In this document: one piece after another, positions 23,835-34,952 of the stretch | Numbering within the stretch: the stretch's first letter is position 1 | Layout: every line of letters starts with the position of its first letter | NCBI GenBank assembly: GCA_963767925.1 | Contig: CAVYGB010000008.1 | Location: 1,632,001 to 1,696,000 of the forward strand | Direction of reading: 5' to 3' | Source of the DNA: an uncultured delta proteobacterium | Lineage (GTDB): Bacteria; Myxococcota_A; Polyangia; Fen-1088 | DNA: 64,000 bases | Position numbers and translations under genes: made by a program | The notes under the pieces: generated by a model | The model's database searches: none | What the model saw: the letters and a program-made list of their open reading frames with translations, nothing else | Told to the model about the DNA's origin: nothing

Positions 23835-25161
23835 CGTCGTGCAGGGCGCGGGAGATCTCGTCGGCCAGCGCCTGCCGCCGGGCCACCAGCCGGTCGACCG
23901 TCGGGCCGTGGGCCCGGCGTAGCCAGCGCTGGCGGAACAGCTCCGCGACGTCGCCGGCCAGCTCGGGAAAGCGCATCGCCGCGTACCCGCCCAGCGGGGC
24001 GAGCAGGGCCATGCCGAGGGCGCCCCGCCAGCCAGCCTGGAGGGCAGCCCCCGCGATCTCGCCCACCCAGAACAGCGCGATGAACAGCACGCCCGCCAGG
24101 ATCTTCACGGTGCCCAGCAGGTCGTCCTCGCCCCGGGTAAACTGGGGGGCCACCTTGCCCGCCAGCCGGTAGGGGATCCACCACAGGGCGGCCCCCAGCA
24201 GGGCCAGGGGCGCGCTGGCCACCAGCTTGGCGAGGCTGAGCAGGACGCGCCCGGGGCGTACCCGGGGCGCCTCGAGCGCCCAGGGATCGCGCACCCCGAG
24301 GTGGGCCAGGACGCGGGCGTACTCCCGGGCCGCCTGCACGATGCGCTGGGCCCGCGCCGGGTCCCGCGCGCGCATGGCGCGGTAGCCGGCCAGCAGCGTG
24401 CGCGCGCGCTGGTGGCGGTGGCGGGGGTTCTCGGTTTCGGCCGGGTCGCTGGCGGTCCAGGCCGCCACCTGGGCGACGCCGTCGAGGAGATCGCGGGTCT
24501 CCGCCTCCAGCACCACCTCCCCGAGCGCGCTCCGCATGTCGCGGGTCAGCCGCTCGACCGCCGCCCGCTCGTCGCGCCGGTATTCGGAGAGTCGGGGGCC
24601 GACCGGGATGGGCTCGCCGAACACGAGCAACACGCCCGAGCGAAAGGTGGTCTTGGCGTCGAAGGAGAGCCCCACCGGCAAGATCACGACCTCCCCGCCC
24701 GCGACCTCGGCCGCCGCGCTGAGGGCGATGCGGGCGGCGCCGGTCTTCAGCGGCCGGAGCTGGGGGTCCGAGTGAGAGGTCCCCTCGGGGAACAGGGCCA
24801 GCCACTCGCCCCGGGCGAGGGCCGCCCGGCTCAGGGCGAAGGTGGCGTCGTTGCGGCGCGGGTCGCTCTTGCTGCCCGGCCGCCGGTCCTGGGGCCGGTA
24901 GATGGGGATACTGCCGAACGCCTCCATGGCGAACCTCGCCAGGGGCCGCTGGAAGAACGTGCTCTTGGCCAGGAAGCGCACCGGGCGGTGCAGGGCGATA
25001 CGCAGGAGCATGGGATCGATCAGGCCGTTGCCGTGATTGGCCACCAGGATGGTGCGCGCAGCCCCCGGCAGGTGCTGCTGCCCCACCACGCTCCGGTGGG
25101 GGTAATACAGGCGCACGAGCGCCAGGCAGCCCGCCCGCAGCAGAGCGGCGAACACCCCCAC
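23815..25161 (-). CDS. Lysophospholipid/glycerol acyltransferase family protein with C-terminal TM helices
   Basis: [22 protein letters not shown] and LKTGAARI motifs. Confidence 0.88.
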   Translation of the reverse strand: MGVFAALLRAGCLALVRLYYPHRSVVGQQHLPGAARTILVANHGNGLIDPMLLRIALHRPVRFLAKSTFFQRPLARFAMEAFGSIPIYRPQDRRPGSKSDPRRNDATFALSRAALARGEWLALFPEGTSHSDPQLRPLKTGAARIALSAAAEVAGGEVVILPVGLSFDAKTTFRSGVLLVFGEPIPVGPRLSEYRRDERAAVERLTRDMRSALGEVVLEAETRDLLDGVAQVAAWTASDPAETENPRHRHQRARTLLAGYRAMRARDPARAQRIVQAAREYARVLAHLGVRDPWALEAPRVRPGRVLLSLAKLVASAPLALLGAALWWIPYRLAGKVAPQFTRGEDDLLGTVKILAGVLFIALFWVGEIAGAALQAGWRGALGMALLAPLGGYAAMRFPELAGDVAELFRQRWLRRAHGPTVDRLVARRQALADEISRALHDVSWPAR

Positions 25162-25189
25162 CCCCGCCCCTCCCCCCTCTCTCCCTCTC

Positions 25190-25915
25190 CTATCGGGCCG
25201 GCACTTCGGGACCGCGCGGCGAGAGGCCCCGGTGGCCCTTGGTCCGCTCGTCCGAGACGATGCGCCCATCCTTGAAGCGGATCACCCGATCGCAGTAGGC
25301 CGCCACGTCGGGCTCGTGGGTCACGATCACGATGGTCATGCCGCTCTCGTGCAGGTCACAGAACAGGTCCATGATCTGGCCGGTGGTCTCGGTGTCGAGA
25401 GCCCCGGTGGGCTCGTCGGCCAGCAACAGCACCGGGTTCTGCACGATCGAGCGGGCGATCGAGACCCGCTGCTGCTGGCCGCCCGACAGCTCGTTCGGCT
25501 GGTGGTCCATGCGGTCTTGCAACGACACCCGGGCCAGCGCGGCGGCCGCCCGGCGGCGCCGCTCGCTGCTGGGCGCGCCGCCGTAGAGCATCGGCAACTC
25601 GACGTTGGCCAGGGCGCTGTAGCGGGGCAGCAGGTTGAACTGCTGAAAGACGAAGCCCACGTTGCGATTGCGGAAGCGGGCCAGCGCCCGATCGTCGAGG
25701 ACCGAAACGTCCTGGCCGTCGAGGGTGTAGACCCCCGAGGTCGGTCGATCGAGCGTCCCGAGGATGTTGAGCAGAGTGGACTTTCCCGACCCGGACGAGC
25801 CCATGATGGCCACCATCTCGCCCCGGTCGATCTCGACGTCCACGTTCCGCAGGGCATGCACCTCGGTGGCGCCCATGCGGTAGATCTTCGAAACCTGGTT
25901 GATGCTCAGCAGCAA
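25190..25915 (-). CDS. ABC transporter ATP-binding protein (LolD/MacB-like)
   Basis: GSSGSGKST, LSGGQQQR, LLADEPTG and VTH motifs; AAAGGAG RBS before the TTG start. Confidence 0.93.
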   Translation of the reverse strand: MLLSINQVSKIYRMGATEVHALRNVDVEIDRGEMVAIMGSSGSGKSTLLNILGTLDRPTSGVYTLDGQDVSVLDDRALARFRNRNVGFVFQQFNLLPRYSALANVELPMLYGGAPSSERRRRAAAALARVSLQDRMDHQPNELSGGQQQRVSIARSIVQNPVLLLADEPTGALDTETTGQIMDLFCDLHESGMTIVIVTHEPDVAAYCDRVIRFKDGRIVSDERTKGHRGLSPRGPEVPAR

Positions 25916-26126
25916 CAGCGTGCTCCTTTGGTCGCGTTCATCTTATCAACAGCAGCGGCCGCGAAAACGCGGATCCGTCACCGCTCGAATCACTACGAAA
26001 GACCACAAGCGCCCGTAAACTCTTCGTAAATTGCCACGGCGGTCCTGGCGCTGCCGGATCGGAGCTGCGATACTAGGCCCGTTTCTGGCTCGGCGCCTTC
26101 TTTCTAATGCCCGGCCGGTTCGCCTT

Positions 26127-27014
26127 ATGAAGAGCTTTGGTCTGTTACTTGTTGCATCGCTTTGTGCGTTTGCTGGGTGTGCGTCCGACGAGGCTGGGCT
26201 GTCGTTCGAGTCCGCTCGCGCTGCCGAAGCCGGGGACAGGCCGTCGACGGTCTCCGCGCGGGCGCCCGACGCGGGCGCCGGGGCGGACGGGAGCAGCGCC
26301 CTCGTCGCGCCGGCCGAGCCCCTCGAGGTGAGCGTGCCCCGCTGTGGACCGCCGCCCCATCACCCGGTCGTGCTGCGAGCGCGCGACATCCAGGCCCAGG
26401 CCGGGCGGGAGCAGGGGGGCGTGACCATCACGTTCAAGCACTGCCCCGGCCAGCGCTTCATGACCGGCCGCGATGGCCGGGCGGTGGTGCCGGTGACCCT
26501 CGGCGCCGAGACCTGGATCCGCTTCGAGGCGCCCGGATACCTGCCCTGGATGGTGGGCGAGATGCCGATCGGCGCTGATCTTCCTCCCAGTGGGGTGGTC
26601 GGCACGCTGGTGCCCCGCAGCCTGGCCGCCACCGTCACGCCGGGCTATCAGGCCGAGAGCCCGCTCGTGTTCGTGCAGGTGCAGGCAGGACGGGCCACCG
26701 CCTCCGACGCCTGCCGCGCGCGCGAGGGCGTCCTCCTCGGCGTGAAGGACCACCCGGAGGCGACCGTGCTCTACCGGGCCACCGGGAGCAACGGGAGCTA
26801 CCAGCGCGGGCTCGGCACCAGCGCGGAAGGCGTCGCCATCGTGGCGGGGCTGGCCCCCGACAGCGGTCCCATCGAGCTCGTCGCCCAGAAGATGGGCTGC
26901 GACTACACGCTCTCTTATGGTGACGCCAACTCGCCGGCGCTGGTCCCCATCCTGCGGACCCCGATCTCGGCGGGGGTCGTCACCTACCAGAGCATCAATC
27001 CGACCCGCCCCTGA
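26127..27014 (+). CDS. Hypothetical lipoprotein
   Basis: MKSFGLLLVASLCAFAGC lipobox signal. Confidence 0.7.
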   Translation: MKSFGLLLVASLCAFAGCASDEAGLSFESARAAEAGDRPSTVSARAPDAGAGADGSSALVAPAEPLEVSVPRCGPPPHHPVVLRARDIQAQAGREQGGVTITFKHCPGQRFMTGRDGRAVVPVTLGAETWIRFEAPGYLPWMVGEMPIGADLPPSGVVGTLVPRSLAATVTPGYQAESPLVFVQVQAGRATASDACRAREGVLLGVKDHPEATVLYRATGSNGSYQRGLGTSAEGVAIVAGLAPDSGPIELVAQKMGCDYTLSYGDANSPALVPILRTPISAGVVTYQSINPTRP

Positions 27015-27024
27015 GCGCGCGCGG

Positions 27025-27921
27025 TCAGGGCGCCTGGGTGCGGCCCCGCAGGTCCGAGAGCCAGGGGGCCAGGTCGGGAGGCCAGGGGCTCTCGAACGCA
27101 AGCGGCTCACCCGTGCGCGGATGCGCCAGCGCCAGCCGGGTGGCGTGCAGGGCCATCCGGGGCGGATCGATGGCGCTGGCCAGCCCGTAGACGGTGTCGC
27201 CGAGCACGGGGTGACCGAGCGCCCGGCAGTGCAAGCGGATCTGGTGGGTCCGGCCGGTCTCCAGCGTGCAGCGCAGGTAGCTGGCCCGGGTGCCGATCCG
27301 CTCGAGCAGCTCGATGCGGGTGCGGGCGGGGCGGCGCTCGATGGGCTGGTCGACGAGGCCGATCTGGGGAGGGAAGATCCCCGCGACGACGGTCAGATAC
27401 ACCCGCTCGAGGTCGTGGCTGCGGAAGCGCTCCGACAGCGTCTTGAGGGCCAGCTCGCTCTTGGCGAAGATCAGCAGGCCGCTGGTCGGCAGGTCGAGCC
27501 GGTGCACAACCTGCACGGGCTGCCGGCCATCCCCCCGGCGGGAGAGCAAGGACTGCAGGTTACCCCGGTCGCTCTCGGGAGTGGGCGCGGTGAGGAGCCC
27601 GGCGGGCTTCTCCACCACCACCACGTCCTCGTCCTCGTGCACGATCCGGTAAGGCGGTAGCCGGCCCTCCTCGGAGGTCCGGGCGTTCTCGCCGGTCCGG
27701 TTCTCCGCCCGGGCGAAGGCGCCGCCCAGGTGGGCGACCACCTGCTCGTTGGCCCGCATCGCTCGGCTGGCGATCTTGATCCGCCGGCGGTCGACGAACA
27801 CGCCCCCGAGATCGATGAGGACCCGCGCGCGCCGCCGGGAGAGCCCCGGGACGCGCACGGCCAGGAGCTGGTCGAGGCGAAGGCCGGCCTCCTCGGCCGA
27901 CACGGTGATGTTTGCCGTCAC
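27025..27921 (-). CDS. RluA/RluD family pseudouridine synthase with S4 domain
   Basis: [26 protein letters not shown] and HPVLGD motifs. Confidence 0.93.
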   Translation of the reverse strand: MTANITVSAEEAGLRLDQLLAVRVPGLSRRRARVLIDLGGVFVDRRRIKIASRAMRANEQVVAHLGGAFARAENRTGENARTSEEGRLPPYRIVHEDEDVVVVEKPAGLLTAPTPESDRGNLQSLLSRRGDGRQPVQVVHRLDLPTSGLLIFAKSELALKTLSERFRSHDLERVYLTVVAGIFPPQIGLVDQPIERRPARTRIELLERIGTRASYLRCTLETGRTHQIRLHCRALGHPVLGDTVYGLASAIDPPRMALHATRLALAHPRTGEPLAFESPWPPDLAPWLSDLRGRTQAP

Positions 27922-27952
27922 TCCGCCTCGAACCGGCTCAGGTCACGTCCCG

Positions 27953-29003
<1,051 letters not shown>

Positions 29004-29116
29004 GTTTGGTAAAGCTCCCTTTCCGCCGGCTTCTTAGCACGAAACTCACCCCCTCCGTCGCGGCTGGAGGCCACAATTCGGGTCGAAACCCGGGCGGATG
29101 GTAGGCTTTTACGGAC

Positions 29117-30163
29117 ATGGCCGCTGGCCCACCCATCCTGTCTGCCGCTGCGGTCAAGGCCGCGGCGCATTCCAGCGGCTTTCCGCTGGTCGGGCTGGCC
29201 CGGGCCGAGCCGCTCGAGGCCGCTCCGCTCGAGCGCTGGCTGGCGGCGGGCCACGCCGCCGATATGAGCTGGATGGCCGAGCGGCGCGAGGAGCGCCTCG
29301 ATCCCGCCCGCGTCCTGCCCGACGCCCGCACGGTGATCGCCCTGGCCATCCCCTATGGCCGCACCGTCGAGCCGGCCGGGGCCCCCGATGTGCGCGCGTC
29401 GGTGGCCCGCTACGCACGTGGGCGCGACTACCACTACGCCCACCGGGACCGGATGAAGGCGTTGCGCAAGCGCCTCCTGCGGCTGGATGCCACCCTGGAG
29501 ACCTACGCCTGCGTGGACACCGGCCTGGCCATGGAGAAACCCTGGGCGGAGCGGGCCGGGCTGGGATGGATCGGAAAAAATGGCTGCCTCATCACCCGCA
29601 GCCACGGCTCCTGGGTCACGTTGAGCGTGATGTTCCTCGACCGGGAGGTCGATGGCCATGACGAGCGCCAGCCCAATCTGTGCCAGGACTGCACGCGCTG
29701 TCTCACCGCCTGCCCGACCTCGGCCTTTCCCAGCCCGGGGGTGGTGGACGCCCGGCGCTGCATCTCCTACCAGACCATCGAGAACCAGGGGTTCGTGCCG
29801 CTGCCCCTGCGCCCGCGGCTGCGGGGCCACCTGTTCGGTTGCGACGTCTGCCAGGAGGTCTGCCCGTTCAACCGGGCCGAGCTGCCGCCGGGAGACGCCC
29901 GCTTCGCTGCCCGGCCGCTCGGCCTCATGCCCGAGGAGGAGGTCGCGGCCCTCAGCCGGGAAGACTTCGATCGGCTGTCGGCCGGGATGGCGCTGGCCCG
30001 GGCGAAATACGATGGCTTGCGGCGCAACGCCATCCTGGCGCTGGGCCCGGCCCGCGCCCGCAAGGCCCGGGCCCTGCTCGAGCGCCTGGCCGAAGATCCC
30101 AGCCCGCTGGTCCGCGAAGCCGCGCGCTGGGCCCTCGATTCTTCGGTAATGTCCGGCGGATGA
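29117..30163 (+). CDS. queG: tRNA epoxyqueuosine reductase QueG
   Basis: ARYARGRDYH, GLGWIGKN, CxxCxxCxxxCPT and GCDVCQEVCPFN motifs; C-terminal HEAT repeat. Confidence 0.94.
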   Translation: MAAGPPILSAAAVKAAAHSSGFPLVGLARAEPLEAAPLERWLAAGHAADMSWMAERREERLDPARVLPDARTVIALAIPYGRTVEPAGAPDVRASVARYARGRDYHYAHRDRMKALRKRLLRLDATLETYACVDTGLAMEKPWAERAGLGWIGKNGCLITRSHGSWVTLSVMFLDREVDGHDERQPNLCQDCTRCLTACPTSAFPSPGVVDARRCISYQTIENQGFVPLPLRPRLRGHLFGCDVCQEVCPFNRAELPPGDARFAARPLGLMPEEEVAALSREDFDRLSAGMALARAKYDGLRRNAILALGPARARKARALLERLAEDPSPLVREAARWALDSSVMSGG

Positions 30164-31836
30164 CCCTCCCGCTGCTCGCGTCCCTGGTCATCATCGCCCT
30201 CGCCCTCGGCTATCGCTTTTATGGCGGGTTCGTGGCCCGGCAGTACCGGCTGGACGACCAGGCCACCACCCCGGCCGAGCGGCACAACGACGGCGTCGAC
30301 TTCGTCCCCACCCGCCCGGTCTACCTGCTGCCCCAGCACTTCTCGGCGATCGCCGCCGCCGGTCCCATCGCGGGACCGATCCTCGCGTGCCAGCAGTTCG
30401 GGTGGCTGCCGGCCCTGCTGTGGATCGGGTTCGGCGTGGTGTTCATCGGCGCGGTCCACGACTTCTCCACCCTCGTCGCCTCGGTCCGACACGACGGCCG
30501 GTCGATCGCCGAGGTGGTGCGGGCCAACCTGGGCCAGCGGGCCTACCTGGCCATGATGGCCTTCATCTGGGTGGCGCTGGTCTACGTCATCCTGGCCTTC
30601 ACCGACGTCACCGCCTCGACCTTCGTATCTGGCGACGCCGACACCCGCGGGCTCACCTTCCGCTTCAATCCCGGGGGCGCGGTGGCGGCGGCCTCGCTGC
30701 TCTACCTCTGCCTCGCCCTGCTGCTGGGGCTGGTCAACCGCTTCCTGCGCCCTCCCCTCTGGCTCACGACCTTGATCTTCGTCCCCGCCACCCTGGGCGC
30801 GGTCTGGCTGGGCACCCGCCTCTCCACCGTGCTCGTGCTCGACGCGAAGACCTGGGCGATGTTGATCCTGGGGTATTGCTTCGTTTCCTCGCTGGTCCCG
30901 GTGTGGGCCCTGCTCCAGCCGCGCGGCTACCTGGGGGGCTTCGTGCTCTACCTGGCCCTGGCGGTCGGCGTGGTGGGCATCTTCCTGGGCGGCTTCCCCA
31001 TCGAGCAGGAGGCCTTCCGGGGCTTCCACCTCCCCGGGCCCACCGGGGCCCTCTTCCCCTTCCTGTTCGTCACCATCGCCTGTGGGGCCTGCTCCGGCTT
31101 TCACGGGCTGGTCTGTTCGGGGACCACCTCCAAGCAGATCGCGCGCGAGCCCCACTGCAAGCCGATCGGCTACGGGGCAATGTTGCTCGAGGCCTTCGTG
31201 GCCCTCATCGCGCTGGCCACGATCATGATCGTCGCGCCGGCCGACTTGGCGGGCAAGGCGCCGGGGGCCGTCTACGGCCAGGGCCTGGGGCGTTTTCTCA
31301 CGGTACTCATCGGCGAGGCGCACCTGCCCTTCGCCATCACCTTCGGGGCGATGGCCTTCTCGACCTTCGTGTTCGACACGCTCGACGTGACCACCCGACT
31401 GGGGCGCTACATCCTGCAGGAGCTGTTCGGCTGGCGCGGCCGGGCCGGGGCCCTCGGCGCCACGGCGGTGGTCTGCCTGTTCCCCCTGTCCCTGCTGTTG
31501 CTGTCCGATGTGGGCAGCTATCGGCTGTTCTGGACCCTGTTCGGCACGTCCAATCAGCTCCTGGCCGGGCTGTCCCTGCTCGTCGTCTCGGTGTGGCTAC
31601 GCAAGACCGGCCGGCGCTACCATTACACGCTGGTGCCGGGGCTGTTCGTGCTGGCGGTGACCCTGACCGCCCTGGTGCTGCAGGTGCGCGGAGCCCTCTC
31701 CGGCCTCGTCGGCTGGGTGGGCCGCTGGAACGGCTTCGCCGCCGCCGCCCTCATCGTGCTGGCGCTCGTCCTGCTCGTCGCCACCGCGCGGGCCCTGCGC
31801 GAGCCTGGAAAAGGGGGCGAGCGCGCCCTATTGTGA
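30160..31836 (+). CDS. cstA: Carbon starvation protein A family transporter
   Basis: DGVDFVP, HFSAIAAAGPIAGP, LLQPRGYL and TIACGACSGFH motifs; ATGA overlap with queG. Confidence 0.93.
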   Translation: MTLPLLASLVIIALALGYRFYGGFVARQYRLDDQATTPAERHNDGVDFVPTRPVYLLPQHFSAIAAAGPIAGPILACQQFGWLPALLWIGFGVVFIGAVHDFSTLVASVRHDGRSIAEVVRANLGQRAYLAMMAFIWVALVYVILAFTDVTASTFVSGDADTRGLTFRFNPGGAVAAASLLYLCLALLLGLVNRFLRPPLWLTTLIFVPATLGAVWLGTRLSTVLVLDAKTWAMLILGYCFVSSLVPVWALLQPRGYLGGFVLYLALAVGVVGIFLGGFPIEQEAFRGFHLPGPTGALFPFLFVTIACGACSGFHGLVCSGTTSKQIAREPHCKPIGYGAMLLEAFVALIALATIMIVAPADLAGKAPGAVYGQGLGRFLTVLIGEAHLPFAITFGAMAFSTFVFDTLDVTTRLGRYILQELFGWRGRAGALGATAVVCLFPLSLLLLSDVGSYRLFWTLFGTSNQLLAGLSLLVVSVWLRKTGRRYHYTLVPGLFVLAVTLTALVLQVRGALSGLVGWVGRWNGFAAAALIVLALVLLVATARALREPGKGGERALL

Positions 31837-31840
31837 ATTC

Positions 31841-33094
31841 ATGGCTGGTCCCAACCGCACCAAGACTCCGTATGTCGTGCGACCACCCACCGCCGTCCTC
31901 ACGCGGGGGTACGATCCACGGCTGTCGGTCGGTTCGGCCCGACCGGCGGTGTTCCGGTCATCCACCTACGTCTTCTCCAGCCCGGAGGCGGCCGAGCGGG
32001 CCTTCACGATCGCGCTCGGGCGATCGCGGCCCGCCGAGGGTGAGAACGTCGACCTCATCTACTCGCGGCTGTCCCATCCCAACGCCGAGATCCTCGAGGA
32101 CCAGGTGGTGCCGCTGGAGAAGGGGGCCCAGGAGGCCGCCGTCTTCAACTCGGGGATGGCCGCGATCTCGACCCTCTTCTTCGCCCTGTGCCCGCGGGGC
32201 TCGAGCTTCGTCTACACGGTGCCCATCTACGGGGGCACCTTGCACCTCATCCATCAGCTCCTCGAGCCCCTGGGCTGGAAGGGCGTGCCGGTCATGGCCG
32301 GCGACACCGAAGGCCTGAAGCAGGCCATCGCCGGAACGGCCGGCCTGCGCCTCGTGCTCATCGAGTCGCCCTCCAACCCGACCCTGCGGATGACCGACAT
32401 CGCCGCCGCCACCGCCGCCGCCCGGGCCCGCACCGAGCGCCCGCTGGTGGCGGTGGACAACACCTTCCTCGGCCCCGTCTTCCAGCACCCCCTCGAGCAC
32501 GGCGCCGACCTGGCGGTATATTCGGCCACCAAATACCTCGCCGGCAACAGCGACATGCTCGGCGGGGTGGTGCTCGGGCACGACCCGGAGCTCATCTCCA
32601 GCTTGCGGGGCACGCGGGCCATCCTCGGCAACATCTTGCAGCCGGACGAGTGCTGGATGTTGCACAGCCGACTGCCCACCGTCGATCTGCGCATGAGCAG
32701 GCAAGGGAAAAACGCCCAGCGCATCGCCGAGGCGCTGGCCGATCACCCCCGGGTCGCGGTCATGTATTACCCGACGCTGCTGCGCGAACCGGAGCAGATC
32801 CGCATCCGGGAGGCGCAATGCCGCTTCCCGGGCGGGATCTTCGCCTTCGAGGTCAAGGGGGGCAAGGCGGGCGCCTTCGACTTCCTCCGGCGCCTGCGCA
32901 TCACGAGGAATGCGGTGAGCCTGGGGGGCGTCGAGTCGCTCGCTTGCCACCCGGCCACGACGACCCACTCCGAGCTGTCGCGGGAGGAGCTGCAGCGCTA
33001 CGGCGTCAGCGATGCCCTGGTGCGCATCTCGGTGGGCGTCGAGGACTGGCGGGACCTGCTGGCCGAATACACGGGCGCGCTGGACGCCATGTGA
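31841..33094 (+). CDS. PLP-dependent Cys/Met metabolism enzyme (cystathionine gamma-synthase / methionine gamma-lyase family)
   Basis: YSRLSHPN, SGMAAI, ESPSNP, VDNTF, SATKY and VSLGGVESL motifs. Confidence 0.92.
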   Translation: MAGPNRTKTPYVVRPPTAVLTRGYDPRLSVGSARPAVFRSSTYVFSSPEAAERAFTIALGRSRPAEGENVDLIYSRLSHPNAEILEDQVVPLEKGAQEAAVFNSGMAAISTLFFALCPRGSSFVYTVPIYGGTLHLIHQLLEPLGWKGVPVMAGDTEGLKQAIAGTAGLRLVLIESPSNPTLRMTDIAAATAAARARTERPLVAVDNTFLGPVFQHPLEHGADLAVYSATKYLAGNSDMLGGVVLGHDPELISSLRGTRAILGNILQPDECWMLHSRLPTVDLRMSRQGKNAQRIAEALADHPRVAVMYYPTLLREPEQIRIREAQCRFPGGIFAFEVKGGKAGAFDFLRRLRITRNAVSLGGVESLACHPATTTHSELSREELQRYGVSDALVRISVGVEDWRDLLAEYTGALDAM

Positions 33095-33266
33095 CCGGAA
33101 TCCGCCGCTGAACGGCGGGCATTTCGCCTCGACGGGCCGCAAAACGCCCGGCCACCGACGCGCGGACACCCGGGTGGTGGGGCCCGCAGGGGTTATGGCG
33201 TCCGCCGGTGCGATTCGGTAAAAGGGGGGCCAGCCGTGCCGCCGGCGGTTCCCCCTCACCGTCGCC

Positions 33267-34937
33267 ATGTTCGATAGGTTCCACTTCCTCAAGCGACTCG
33301 ACGCCGACGCGCGAACGTTCGGCATCGGGTATCTGCTGTTGCTCCCCTTCTACCTGGCGCCCCTGCTGGTGACGCGTTTCCTCCCGGGGCTGGACCTCCC
33401 CTTCCACCTCGCGATGGCGGACATGCTGAGCAAGCAGGGGGAGGCCAGCAACCCCTACCAACCGTTTTATCAGGGGGGCTTCGACGTGGCCCCCTACGCG
33501 GCCCATTACCTGGCGCTGCGGGGGTTCGGTCTGGTGATGCCCCTGATGGCGGCGCACAAGCTGATCGTCGCCCTCTACGTCGCCGCTTTCCCGCTGGCCG
33601 CGGCGCTGCTGCTGGACGCCGGCGGGCGTAGCCGGGTGCCCGCCCTGCTGGCCTTCCCCCTGGCCTACAACCTCTCGCTCCACTACGGCTTCGTCAGCTT
33701 CGCCATCTCGGTGCCGGTGATGCTCACCTTGCTGGCCTGCCTGGCGCGGTTCCTCGACGAGCCCGAGACGAACTTCTGGCTGGGGGGGGGCGCCGCGGGG
33801 GCGGCCGTCCTGCTGTTCCTCTGTCACCTGCAGAACTTCCTCTTCGGCCTGTGCGCGGCGCTCACCTTCCTGGTCTTCGGCCGGTACGCCTGGCGGCGCC
33901 GGCTGCTGGGAATGGCCACCCTCCTGCCGGCCACCGGCCTGCTCCTGATCTGGCACTGGACCCGGGAGTTCACCGCGCCCGCCGCCGGCGATCGCCGATC
34001 CTGGACCTACGTCTGGGAGGTCTTCCGGGCCCGTCGGCAGATCGAGACCCTGGGGCGTCCGTGGATCGACGAGACCACCGATCGCCTGCAGATCTTGCCG
34101 ATCCACCTGCTGCGCGGCTTCACCGACAAGGTCGACGTCCTGGCCGCCAAGCTCGTGCTGATCGTGCTGGCCGGTTATCTCCTGCTGGGGATCGTGGCCC
34201 TCCTGGAGCGGAAGGGGCCCAGCTTCCGGCCCCGGCTGCGGGTGGCCGGCCTGGTCGTGTTCGCGGGCGCGCTCGGCGCCTATCTGATGCTCCCGCACCA
34301 CCTGCCCGAATACGAGCTGATGACGTTTTATCCCCGCTTTTCGGTGCTGGCGGTCGTCGCCGCCCTGCTCCTGATCCCCGCTTCGCTGCGGCGGCTGGGG
34401 GGGCTGTGTCGGCCGCTGGTGCTCCTGCCCGCGCTGCTCGTGACCGGCGGTTACGGCTTCGAGCTCATCCGGCACTATCGGTATTACGACCGCGAGGTCG
34501 CCGACTTCGACGCCGTGGTGAAGAAGGTCCCGCCTGGCGGGCGGGCCATGGGCCTCGTCTACGACCGCAACTCGCGGGTCATGCGCATCGAGTCCGCCCT
34601 GATCGGGCTGCCCAACCTCTATCCCGCGCTGCGACCGGGCCCCAGCACCATGGTCCCGCTCCAGTACTGCGGCATGCGGCACATGCCCTGCCGCATGACC
34701 GCCCCCCCCAAGTTCCCCCCGGCCCCCAGCGTCTGGTCCCCCGCGGGGCTGCAGCCCGATCCGGCCATCGACTACTTCGACTACTTCTTCGTCCGCCTGC
34801 CCCCCTACCGCCCCATCTTCGGCGAAGGTCTCAGCCGGCTGGAGCTGCTGGCCCAGGAAGGATCCTGGCTGGTCTATCGTCGCAAACCGCCCACCCCCGA
34901 ACACGCGACGAGCGCGGCCGCCTCACCGCCGCCCTGA
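33267..34937 (+). CDS. Polytopic membrane protein, possibly a GT-C fold glycosyltransferase
   Basis: About 11 hydrophobic segments; DLPFH motif after the first TM helix; soluble C-terminal domain. Confidence 0.65.
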   Translation: MFDRFHFLKRLDADARTFGIGYLLLLPFYLAPLLVTRFLPGLDLPFHLAMADMLSKQGEASNPYQPFYQGGFDVAPYAAHYLALRGFGLVMPLMAAHKLIVALYVAAFPLAAALLLDAGGRSRVPALLAFPLAYNLSLHYGFVSFAISVPVMLTLLACLARFLDEPETNFWLGGGAAGAAVLLFLCHLQNFLFGLCAALTFLVFGRYAWRRRLLGMATLLPATGLLLIWHWTREFTAPAAGDRRSWTYVWEVFRARRQIETLGRPWIDETTDRLQILPIHLLRGFTDKVDVLAAKLVLIVLAGYLLLGIVALLERKGPSFRPRLRVAGLVVFAGALGAYLMLPHHLPEYELMTFYPRFSVLAVVAALLLIPASLRRLGGLCRPLVLLPALLVTGGYGFELIRHYRYYDREVADFDAVVKKVPPGGRAMGLVYDRNSRVMRIESALIGLPNLYPALRPGPSTMVPLQYCGMRHMPCRMTAPPKFPPAPSVWSPAGLQPDPAIDYFDYFFVRLPPYRPIFGEGLSRLELLAQEGSWLVYRRKPPTPEHATSAAASPPP

Positions 34938-34952
34938 GCGGACGCGCTTCGA

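Noticed and set aside
25190..25915. ABC ATPase without a permease as a novel system
   Set aside because: All motifs are canonical; partners are commonly encoded elsewhere
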